A stretch of DNA of 64,000 bases, taken from IMG/VR virus record IMGVR_UViG_3300028654_000384, positions 62,001-126,000 of that record, one strand, 5' to 3'. This document shows, piece by piece, positions 19,692 to 27,639 of this stretch (position 1 is its first letter; each line of letters opens with the position of its first letter). A program made the position numbers and the translations under genes. The notes under the pieces are model-generated. The model made no database searches. It saw nothing but the letters and a program-made list of their open reading frames with translations, and was not told the DNA's origin.

Positions 19692-19694
19692 TAC
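19543..19694 (-). CRISPR. Cas-less mini-array: three identical 28-nt repeats, two 34-nt spacers, type I-E-like repeat
   Basis: GGTTGCTCCACGCGCGCGAGGCTGATAC at 19543, 19605, 19667; unrelated equal-length spacers; reverse complement plus next base is 19/29 identical, ungapped, to the E. coli I-E repeat. Confidence 0.8.
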
Positions 19695-19742
19695 GGTAGG
19701 CGTGCCGAGACGTCGCCGATTGTACCCACGCCTGTACCACAC

Positions 19743-19771
19743 CTGAACACTGATCTCTCATGTGGTACAGT
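19743..19771 (+). promoter_or_regulatory. Sigma70-type promoter, leaderless
   Basis: CTGAAC-17 nt-TACAGT, ATG 7 nt downstream. Confidence 0.7.
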
Positions 19772-19778
19772 CTAACCC

Positions 19779-20735
19779 ATGACCGAACGGGTATTGATCA
19801 CGGGCGCGGCGGGTTTCATCGGCTCAAACCTGGTCACCCGGTGCCTGGCCGAAGGGTGGGTCGTCCGCGGCGTCGACGACATGAGCAGTGGCCACCGAGA
19901 ACTGCTGCACCCCGCCTTTAATACTGGTAGCCTGTTGATCGGCGACTTTGCCGCTGATTTCGTCCTCAACTCGATCAGGGCACAGGCCTTCGACGTCGTC
20001 ATTCACCTGGCGGCGACGCCCCGCGTCAGCTATTCCGTCGAACACCCGCTGGAAACGCACGACAACAACGTCACCAAGACGCTGAAGTTGCTCGACGCCT
20101 GCACGGGCAACGTCAAACGCTTCGTCTTCGCCAGCTCCAGTGCCGTCTATGGTGGCGCGCTGGAGCTGCCCACTCCCGAGACGGCACCCAAGGAACCCAA
20201 GTCGCCCTATGCACTCCAGAAGTCGATCATTGAGGACTACCTGAAGTTGTACAGCAACCTCTACGGCCTCGACAGCGCTTGCCTGCGGTTCTTCAACGTC
20301 TTCGGCCCGGGCCAGTTGGGTAGCAATCCCTATGCGACGGCGATCGCGGCGTGGCTGACAGCGATCAAGCGCGGCGAGCCCATGCGCAGCGACGGTGACG
20401 GCTTTCAAAGCCGCGACATGTGCTACGTCGACAACGTCACTGATGCCTGTGCCAAGGCGGTGCAGAGCAAGGTACCCCTGATGGGAGCGTGTTACAACGT
20501 GGCCTGCGGCGACAATGTCTCCAACAACGACATCTTGGCGGTGTTGCGGGCCCATTACCCAGAGGCGACCGTCGTCAATGCGCCGGCTCGACGGGGCGAC
20601 GTGATGCACACCATGGCCGACGTGTCGAAGGCCCAGCAACAGTTGGGCTACGTGCCGCTGGTCAAGTTCTGGCCGGGCCTCATCAAGACGATGATGTGGT
20701 ACGAGCGTGAGTGGGAACAGATCAGGAGCCTGTGA
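19779..20735 (+). CDS. NAD-dependent UDP-sugar 4-epimerase (GalE/WbpP-like)
   Basis: TGAAGFIGSNL, HLAA, FASSSAVYG, SPYALQK, LRFFNVFGPGQ, GDGFQSRD. Confidence 0.85.
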   Translation: MTERVLITGAAGFIGSNLVTRCLAEGWVVRGVDDMSSGHRELLHPAFNTGSLLIGDFAADFVLNSIRAQAFDVVIHLAATPRVSYSVEHPLETHDNNVTKTLKLLDACTGNVKRFVFASSSAVYGGALELPTPETAPKEPKSPYALQKSIIEDYLKLYSNLYGLDSACLRFFNVFGPGQLGSNPYATAIAAWLTAIKRGEPMRSDGDGFQSRDMCYVDNVTDACAKAVQSKVPLMGACYNVACGDNVSNNDILAVLRAHYPEATVVNAPARRGDVMHTMADVSKAQQQLGYVPLVKFWPGLIKTMMWYEREWEQIRSL

Positions 20736-21162
20736 TGAAGATCACCTTGACGGCCGATGAAGTGCGCGAGGCCTGCGCGATGTACGTCCGCAGCAAGTAC
20801 GAAAATTTGCGGGGTGCAACTCTGGCGGTGCAACTGCACCGTCGTCAACTGACGCCGCAGGAGGAATTCGACGCCTCGCACGGCTACGTCAACGACATGA
20901 CGGACCGCGTTGAAGCCGTGGTGGACGCATGAGCAATGTCAGGTCAGTCGCAGATTACCATGCAAATCACGCAATTGAAGCACTCAAAGTGCTCATTGAG
21001 TCAACGCCTGAAGGCGAGTTCGTAGATATCCCACAAACACGTCAACAGCTCGAACAGATGCGTCAAAAATTGATCGGCATCGAACACATGAAGGATAGCG
21101 TCGCATACATCGATTATCAACTTGAACAGGGTGATTTGGGAAGGGTACGATTCGCAACATGA
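20711..21162 (+). CDS. Two small hypothetical ORFs (about 20711-20932, 20929-21162)
   Basis: ORF track with coupled stop/start overlaps. Confidence 0.55.
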
Positions 21163-21914
21163 TTACTAACACCGTCTCTGACATGCGACTGGAGCTGGCA
21201 CGTCACCTCGCTGACCAGCGCTTCACCAGCGTCAACCGTGAGGCGTCAATGACGTCGCTGGTCGGCGCCAAGACGATCGAACTGTGTGGTGTCAACTTCA
21301 TCGCCGACCAAGAAGTGCTGTTCGGCAAGCTGAACCACGATTACCTCAAGCGTGAGGAACAGTGGTACCAGTCAATGTCGTGCAGCGTTGATGACTTTCC
21401 GGGTGGCGCCCCCGCGGTGTGGGAGGCAATCGCCTCGAGGGATGGACTGGTCAACTCAAACTACGGCTACCTCATCCGTCACTCCGACAATGGTTATCAG
21501 TTCGACCACGTCGTTAACGAGTTACGAAGGAACCCGGAGTCCCGCCGAGCGGTGATGATCTACACCCGGCCGTCGATGTGGGTCGACTACAATAAGGGTG
21601 GGCGCTCTGACTTCGTCTGCACCAACACGGTGCAGTACCTGATCCGCGACGGTTCGGTGAGTGCTGTGGTGAATATGCGCTCACAAGATTCACACATCGG
21701 ATATAAGAACGATCGCGAATGGCAGCGATTGACGCTCAACGCCGTCGCTGATGCGGTGGGAGTACCAGCGGGCGTGCTGATGTGGCAGGTGGGGTCGCTC
21801 CATGTCTACCAACGTGACTTCTACCTCGTCGATCACTTCATCAAGACGCGTGAAGTCAACATCACCAAGGCGCAGTACCGTGAACTGTATCCCACGTCGC
21901 CGTATAATGAGTGA
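21159..21914 (+). CDS. dCMP hydroxymethylase (T4 gp42-like, thymidylate synthase fold)
   Basis: SDFVCTNTVQYLIRD..VNMRSQDSHIGYKNDREWQ parallels T4 gp42 SDFMCTNTVQYLIRD..VNMRSNDVVFGFRNDYAWQ, including the cytosine-specifying Asp. Confidence 0.85.
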   Translation: MITNTVSDMRLELARHLADQRFTSVNREASMTSLVGAKTIELCGVNFIADQEVLFGKLNHDYLKREEQWYQSMSCSVDDFPGGAPAVWEAIASRDGLVNSNYGYLIRHSDNGYQFDHVVNELRRNPESRRAVMIYTRPSMWVDYNKGGRSDFVCTNTVQYLIRDGSVSAVVNMRSQDSHIGYKNDREWQRLTLNAVADAVGVPAGVLMWQVGSLHVYQRDFYLVDHFIKTREVNITKAQYRELYPTSPYNE

Positions 21915-21930
21915 AGGAGCAACACCGAAA

Positions 21931-22497
21931 ATGACATGCATCGTTGGCGTCGCGAAGGGCAACACGGTCTGGTTGGGCGGCGATAGTGCCGCGACGGGCG
22001 GGAACATGAATCGCACCATCATCAAGGATCCCAAGGTCTTCGTCCGCGGCGAGCTAGCCTTCGGCGTCTGCGGCCTACCTAAGGTGATGGACGCCGTGGC
22101 CCATGGCATCGAAATGCCCCAGCAACAAGGTGATACAAGCGATCGGACCTTTCTGGTCAATGAGCTGGTGCCGGCCCTCCGCGCGGGGCTCAAGCGCCTT
22201 GATTGTACCGCCAAAGACCCGCAATTCGGCACCGTCTTCATGGGAGGCATGTTGATCGGCTACCGAGGTGTCATCTATGAGTTGCAGGGCAATTTTCAAC
22301 TGTGTACCTGCGCTGAAGGCTTTGCCTCGGTCGGCTCGGGCTCGCCCTTCGCCAAGGGCGCCCTCCATGCGTCGAATGGCAAGGGCAGTCCCCGCAAGCG
22401 GATCCTCAACGCCCTCGAGTGCGCGACAAAGGGCAATGCGGGCGTCGCCCCACCCTTTGTCATCGTCAGTGTCAAGCAGAAAAGGAAGTGGCTGTAA
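21931..22497 (+). CDS. Ntn-hydrolase (HslV/proteasome-beta-like) protein 1
   Basis: MTCIVG...GGDSA, K, SVGSGSPFAKGAL; GAAGGAG site before ATG. Confidence 0.75.
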   Translation: MTCIVGVAKGNTVWLGGDSAATGGNMNRTIIKDPKVFVRGELAFGVCGLPKVMDAVAHGIEMPQQQGDTSDRTFLVNELVPALRAGLKRLDCTAKDPQFGTVFMGGMLIGYRGVIYELQGNFQLCTCAEGFASVGSGSPFAKGALHASNGKGSPRKRILNALECATKGNAGVAPPFVIVSVKQKRKWL

Positions 22498-22499
22498 GC

Positions 22500-23081
22500 A
22501 TGACCTGCGTCGTTGGGTTGGAAGATCACGGCATCATCTACGTCGGTGCGGACAGTGCGGGCATCGACTCTCACTCGTTGAGCATCGTCGGCCGCGCCGA
22601 CGAGAAGGTCTTCGTCACCGATGACGGCGACTTCATCATGGGCTTTGCGGGCTCTTTCCGCATCGGTCAGCTGCTGCGCTATGCCCTCGTCACCCCTGAT
22701 CAACCGGGCCGCATGGATGACATGGCCTACATGGTCACCGACTTCATCGACGCCGTGCGCGCAATGCAGCACGACAAAGGCGCGCGAGAGAAGAAGGACG
22801 AACTTGAACAGCACGAGGCCTCGTTCATCGTCGGGTATCGAGGTCACCTCTATGTCATCGAGAGCGACTACCAGGTGGGTCGACCCATCGACAACTATGC
22901 CGCGATCGGTTGTGGAGCTGACATGGCCTTGGGTGCCATGTACGCGACCAAGAAGCTGAAGATGAAGCCTGAAGAGCGATTGATGTTGGCGCTGCAGGCG
23001 GCCGCAGAGTTTAGCGCCGGCGTCAGGCCACCCTTTCACATCCTGAAGCTCGAACCTCCTGTTGTTGACGAGGCAAAGTAG
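22500..23081 (+). CDS. Ntn-hydrolase (HslV/proteasome-beta-like) protein 2
   Basis: MTCVVG...GADSA, K, AIGCGADMALGAM. Confidence 0.75.
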   Translation: MTCVVGLEDHGIIYVGADSAGIDSHSLSIVGRADEKVFVTDDGDFIMGFAGSFRIGQLLRYALVTPDQPGRMDDMAYMVTDFIDAVRAMQHDKGAREKKDELEQHEASFIVGYRGHLYVIESDYQVGRPIDNYAAIGCGADMALGAMYATKKLKMKPEERLMLALQAAAEFSAGVRPPFHILKLEPPVVDEAK

Positions 23082-23090
23082 GAGAACACC

Positions 23091-23710
23091 ATGGGCGCAC
23101 ACCTGATCAATGGTGAGTTTCAAAGCGACAAATATCCGACGTGTCCCCGGGGAAAGGTGCCATTGAGCGTCAAGGATCCGACGGCACAAGACCTGCTGTG
23201 GGAGTACGCGCAGCGTCGCCGCGCAGTTGATGCCGAGTTTGCTGACGATCTGGAGACGGCGCTGCGCGCGTGTGGTTATGAGCCCAGGGGCATCACTAGG
23301 ATTTCAAAGTCCGATGCCGAATACTTGCGAGGCGAGCCTTCACCACTGAAAATTCTGATCCCAAATTCTATTGAAGAAGACGACCCGCCTGAAAGTGAGG
23401 AGTGAACATGACATCGAGAGACTTCTGCTACTGGCTCCAGGGCTTCTTGGAGCTCCGCGATGCAGGTTACTCGGGTACGAACATCTCGCTGACCCACGAA
23501 CAGCTCGACTGCATCAAGCGTCACCTGGCGATGGTGTTCAAGCACGAGATTGACCCGAGCATGGGTGATGAGGCTCACCGTGACGAGCTGCAGGACATCC
23601 ACGACGACGATGCGACTGCCAAGCAACCCATTAGACCCAAACGCGTGAACGTCTCCGTCCTCGACCAGCGCGGTCCCACGTTCGATCCCAACGTCAGGTT
23701 GATGTGCTGA
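23091..23710 (+). CDS. Two hypothetical proteins (23091-23405, about 23402-23710)
   Basis: ORF track; second begins MTSRDFCYWLQGFLE. Confidence 0.65.
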
Positions 23711-23711
23711 G

Positions 23712-24296
23712 ATGGCCGACACCAACGCCTCTCTGATCGTCTTCTGTGGGCCCATGATGTCGGGCAAGACGTCGAAGCTGTTGATGGCCCTCGAGCGCCT
23801 CAAGTACCAGCACAAGCGCGTTGCCGTCTTCAAGCCCTCGCTCGACGTCAGGTACAGCGCCAGCGAAATCGTCAGCCACTTGGGTTGGCGGCACCCGGCG
23901 ACGACGGTGCAAGGCGGCGCCGACATCCTCGAGGCACTGGCTGAGGCCGACGTGGCACCTGATGCGATTGCCGTCGACGAGGCCTTCATGATCCCGGGTG
24001 TCGCAGGGGTGTTGACGTGGTTGTACCGCACCGGCGTCGACGTCGTCGTCTCCACGCTCGACATTTCGGCGACGGGCAAGCCCTTTCCCGAGGTCGAGAA
24101 GTTGTTGCCGTGGGCCACGCACATCGAGAAGTGCTCGGCCGTCTGCACCCAGTGTGGCCGTGACGCCTTCTACACCCACAAGAAGCAGGTGTCGACCGAC
24201 GATGAGATTGAAGTCGGTGGTGCCGAGATGTACGAGCCGCGTTGTAGCCGCCATCACGTCGCGATCGATCTGCGGCCCAAGCTCAATGAGCCATGA
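23712..24296 (+). CDS. tdk: Thymidine kinase
   Basis: GPMMSGKT, KPSLDVRY, VDEAF, CxxC, IEVGG.EMYEPRC. Confidence 0.9.
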   Translation: MADTNASLIVFCGPMMSGKTSKLLMALERLKYQHKRVAVFKPSLDVRYSASEIVSHLGWRHPATTVQGGADILEALAEADVAPDAIAVDEAFMIPGVAGVLTWLYRTGVDVVVSTLDISATGKPFPEVEKLLPWATHIEKCSAVCTQCGRDAFYTHKKQVSTDDEIEVGGAEMYEPRCSRHHVAIDLRPKLNEP

Positions 24297-24553
24297 AACC
24301 CGGCGATCTCATCGCGCGGGTGTACGAATCTGACGGCGTTACAGCACTTCGTAGAGAAGAATTGTTATCATCGGTGACGGGCGATTACGTGCCCATTGGG
24401 GGCATTCACCTGTTGATCAGCTATGTCGATGGAATATTGACATGGTTGCCTTTGGGTGCAAACTGCAACGAGTTGTTTAGTGCGGACGAGAACGACACCG
24501 AAGCCGGCATTGCAGGCGACGACGTCATCTACGTACACGTGAGCCTGACATGA
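24293..24553 (+). CDS. MKPGDL-family small protein, paralog 2
   Basis: MKPGDLI..YVPIGGIHLL..DGILTWLPLG. Confidence 0.75.
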   Translation: MKPGDLIARVYESDGVTALRREELLSSVTGDYVPIGGIHLLISYVDGILTWLPLGANCNELFSADENDTEAGIAGDDVIYVHVSLT

Positions 24554-24840
24554 AGCCAGGCGACCTCATCGAGTGGGCGTATAGGGTTGATAATTGTGTC
24601 GTTGTTCACAGTGAATATTTGTGGTCATCGGTGTTCAATCGTTTTGTGCCCATTGGGGGCATCCACCTGCTGATCGGACGCGCCGATGGGATATTGACGT
24701 GGCTGTCTCTACGTGCAGCTCACAAGGGCTTGTTGCGAGCCGCCGAGCGCGATGTGCTGTGCCTAAGGGCGGAACGTCCTGCCGGCAAGGGTTGTTACGC
24801 ACGTGTCTTCGGGCGCGGTGCGGTGAGGCCGACGGTGTAA
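24550..24840 (+). CDS. MKPGDL-family small protein, paralog 3
   Basis: MKPGDLIEWAY..LWSS..VPIGGIHLL..DGILTWL..KGLL. Confidence 0.75.
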   Translation: MKPGDLIEWAYRVDNCVVVHSEYLWSSVFNRFVPIGGIHLLIGRADGILTWLSLRAAHKGLLRAAERDVLCLRAERPAGKGCYARVFGRGAVRPTV

Positions 24841-24869
24841 TCGATGATCCACCGTGGTATGATCAGTAG

Positions 24870-26009
24870 GTGATACCCATTCGCCGCCCATTCACAATGA
24901 AACTGCCCGCTGAAGTGTTGACCCTATCGAGCCTCTTCAATCAGGTGGGTCATGAGCTCTACGTGGTCGGCGGTGCCGTTCGCGATGCGGTGTTGGGGCA
25001 ATCACCCAAGGACTTTGACGTGGCGACGGGGGCGACACCAGACCAAGTGGTGAAGCTGCTGAAGACACTGCCTGGCGGGTGCAAGATCAATGCCGTCGGC
25101 AAGTCATTCGGCGTCGTCAAGGTGCAGTTCTACGCCGCGCGCAATGAACTCGAGATCGCCACGTTCCGCCAGGACGTGGGTGCAGGGCGAAGGCCTGAAA
25201 GCGTCGTCTTTACCACGATCGACGAGGACGTCAAGCGCCGTGATTTAACGATCAACGCGCTGTTCTTCGACATCGAACGCAGCGAACTCGTCGATCTGGT
25301 GGGCGGGTTGGCTGACCTCGACGCCAAGCTCGTCAGGACGGTGGGCGACCCATTCGCACGCTTTGCCGAAGATCGCCTCCGCATCCTGCGCGCCGTCAGG
25401 TTCGCCTGCAAGTTGGGCTTTGACATCGAAGGGATGACTGCGCAGGCGATCAAGCACGACCCCAACCTTCACGGCGTGTCGCCTGAGCGCATTCACGACG
25501 AGTTCACTCGTGCCGTGGCGACGGCGAAACACGTGCCGGCACTGATGCAGCACCTGAACTACTTTGACCTGTGGCCTCACGTGCTGCCGGGCCTCAACGT
25601 GTCGTACCAGTTGGCCGAAGGCATCACCTCACGCGTGCCTGAGGTCGCACTAGCAGTGCTGCTCGATCACCAGCGACCGTGTGGCATCGACGAGCGTTTG
25701 GCCGCGCTGAAGTACAGCGCTCACGAGATCTCGCGGACGACGTTCCTGTTGAGGTACCGCGACCTCGAGGTGTCGAGTGCCTTCAAGCTGCGCAAGGCCT
25801 TCTTGGCGTGCTCGATGAGCGCTGAGGTGCTGCAGGACTACTATCGCCTGCGGGGCCTGCCCGTCACTGCGTTGGTCAGGGCCTTCAACGACTACCTGCG
25901 CGCGGCGCCCGTCAAGGGCGGCGACGTGATGAAGGATGGTTTTGCTAAGCAGGCGCTTGGCGCTGAGATTGAACGACGTGAGACCGAGATTTTCAAGGGG
26001 TTGCTATGA
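24870..26009 (+). CDS. cca: CCA-adding tRNA nucleotidyltransferase / poly(A) polymerase family
   Basis: VGGAVRD...PKDFDVAT, RRDLTINAL, EDRLRILRAVRF. Confidence 0.9.
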   Translation: MIPIRRPFTMKLPAEVLTLSSLFNQVGHELYVVGGAVRDAVLGQSPKDFDVATGATPDQVVKLLKTLPGGCKINAVGKSFGVVKVQFYAARNELEIATFRQDVGAGRRPESVVFTTIDEDVKRRDLTINALFFDIERSELVDLVGGLADLDAKLVRTVGDPFARFAEDRLRILRAVRFACKLGFDIEGMTAQAIKHDPNLHGVSPERIHDEFTRAVATAKHVPALMQHLNYFDLWPHVLPGLNVSYQLAEGITSRVPEVALAVLLDHQRPCGIDERLAALKYSAHEISRTTFLLRYRDLEVSSAFKLRKAFLACSMSAEVLQDYYRLRGLPVTALVRAFNDYLRAAPVKGGDVMKDGFAKQALGAEIERRETEIFKGLL

Positions 26010-26566
26010 AGAAGACATTCGAGGAAGCATGGGCCGAGAAGGAGAAACAGGGCTACCAGTACGGCGCCGACGCCCTGGAGCAGGTTCGCATGGGATGGGA
26101 GCTGCACGAAGGTGCTGATGAGCCCAAGGTCGGTCGATCACCTTGGCCTACGCGGTGGATGAATGTCGCTCGCTTGCTAGCCAGTGAGTGTTCTTATGAC
26201 CCAAGACTGAAGGTCTGTGCAATCATGGTGCCCGAGGACAATACGGGAATCATGGCTTTTGGGTACAATGGGAATGCGAAGGGCATGCCCAATGAAGTCG
26301 AGTCACTTGTTCCCGGCCAATCAGGTGCGATTCACGCTGAACAAAATTGCCTCATTAAGGCACCATTCCACTTTCCACTCAAGAAACACATGTACATCAC
26401 CCACAGTTCATGCAGGGCCTGTGCCAAGCTCCTGATCAACGCCAACGTGTCGCGCGTGGTCTATGGAGAGCTGTACCGCGACGCGTCGGGCCTCGACCTG
26501 CTGCGAGCAGCGGGAATAGAGGTTTACTCCGAGGCAGAAGCCGTGGCCCTTACGGCACGGGCGTGA
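26006..26566 (+). CDS. dCMP deaminase
   Basis: GYNG, HAEQN, C..CAKL. Confidence 0.85.
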   Translation: MKKTFEEAWAEKEKQGYQYGADALEQVRMGWELHEGADEPKVGRSPWPTRWMNVARLLASECSYDPRLKVCAIMVPEDNTGIMAFGYNGNAKGMPNEVESLVPGQSGAIHAEQNCLIKAPFHFPLKKHMYITHSSCRACAKLLINANVSRVVYGELYRDASGLDLLRAAGIEVYSEAEAVALTARA

Positions 26567-26579
26567 TACTTATGCCAAA

Positions 26580-26891
26580 GTGATGAAGAAGCTACAGGAA
26601 GTCGACGTCATTCGCATCATGCGCGAGGAATGGTCAGCGAAGGTCAAGACCCTTGCCGAGGAGGTTGACGTCGTCATGAACTCCAAGGTGAAGGATGGTA
26701 GCACGGTGGGGGTGCTCTCGCCGGGATTAAAGATAAAACATAAACAAAGTGGGATTTTGTACACCGTCATGTCCGTCGGCCCACGTGATGTGCTGATCAG
26801 GCCGCCCGATGGAGACCCAAATGGATCAATTAGTGACACTGCGATGCTCGTCGATGCTGCTGAGCTAGAGCAGTCCTACAAGCTTGACTGA
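26580..26891 (+). CDS. Hypothetical protein with tag-like N-terminus
   Basis: VIRIMREEW; TACTTA at 26567. Confidence 0.7.
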   Translation: MMKKLQEVDVIRIMREEWSAKVKTLAEEVDVVMNSKVKDGSTVGVLSPGLKIKHKQSGILYTVMSVGPRDVLIRPPDGDPNGSISDTAMLVDAAELEQSYKLD

Positions 26892-26910
26892 AATTGGGAG
26901 ATCAATACGA

Positions 26911-27639
26911 ATGGCACAGCACGATAAAGAAGACCAGTTGACCGATCTCCTCAAGGGCGTCGACATCAAGGGCATCGTCAATGGCGCGTTGCAGAAGGGT
27001 GGTGCTGTCGCTGCCCCCATCGACGAGGCCTACGTGGCGCAGCCCAAGCCCTACTCGCAGGTGACGGAGTTCGTGTCCCAGAAGACGAAGGACGCCCACA
27101 CGTCGCTGTACCAGAAGTACGTCGAGACGTTGAACCGGGTGTCTGCTGAACTCGACACTGCTTCGAAGTCGGAAGCCAACAGCAACCACTCCGACTTCAG
27201 GAGCCTGAAGCTTGATGAGACGCGGTTGCTGAACGCGGTTTGGCTACATGAACTTTACTTCGCCAACTGCTTTGACGTTCATAGTGAGTGCTACATGAAT
27301 TCCATGGCGTACATCCGCCTGGAACGTGACTTCGGCACCTTTGAGGACGCACAGCAGGACATGATGGCATGTGCGCTGGCCTGCGGTGAGGGCTGGATGA
27401 TCACCGCCTACAACATGTTCCTCAAACGCTACGTCAACGTCATGGTCACCGACAACAGCCACGACGTGATGTTGGGGCTGTACCCGATCATCGTCATCGA
27501 CATGCATGCTCACGCGTACTTCAAGGACTACCTGACTGACAAGAAGAGCTACCTCGTAGCGATGATGCGCCAGCTCAACTGGAACGTCATCGAAGAGCGG
27601 TTCACCAAGGCTGAATCGATTGCCGAGGTGGTCAAGTGA
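26911..27639 (+). CDS. Fe/Mn superoxide dismutase-like protein with N-terminal extension
   Basis: AH..LY..Y, LHELYF, FGTFE, GEGW, IDMHAHAYF.DY, NW..IE.RF. Confidence 0.8.
   Translation: MAQHDKEDQLTDLLKGVDIKGIVNGALQKGGAVAAPIDEAYVAQPKPYSQVTEFVSQKTKDAHTSLYQKYVETLNRVSAELDTASKSEANSNHSDFRSLKLDETRLLNAVWLHELYFANCFDVHSECYMNSMAYIRLERDFGTFEDAQQDMMACALACGEGWMITAYNMFLKRYVNVMVTDNSHDVMLGLYPIIVIDMHAHAYFKDYLTDKKSYLVAMMRQLNWNVIEERFTKAESIAEVVK

Noticed and set aside
19729-19756. Possible degenerate fourth CRISPR repeat
   Set aside because: Off-period by one base, needs a gap, and coincides with the -35 box and spacer of the epimerase promoter.
21159-21914. Canonical thymidylate synthase (thyA)
   Set aside because: It has gp42-type GYKND (Asp) in place of the dUMP-specifying Asn, and T4 gp42-like flanking motifs.
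19365-24840. Diversity-generating retroelement explaining the MKPGDL paralogs
   Set aside because: No reverse transcriptase in the window and differences are not adenine-specific; the pattern is repeat-spacer insertion.
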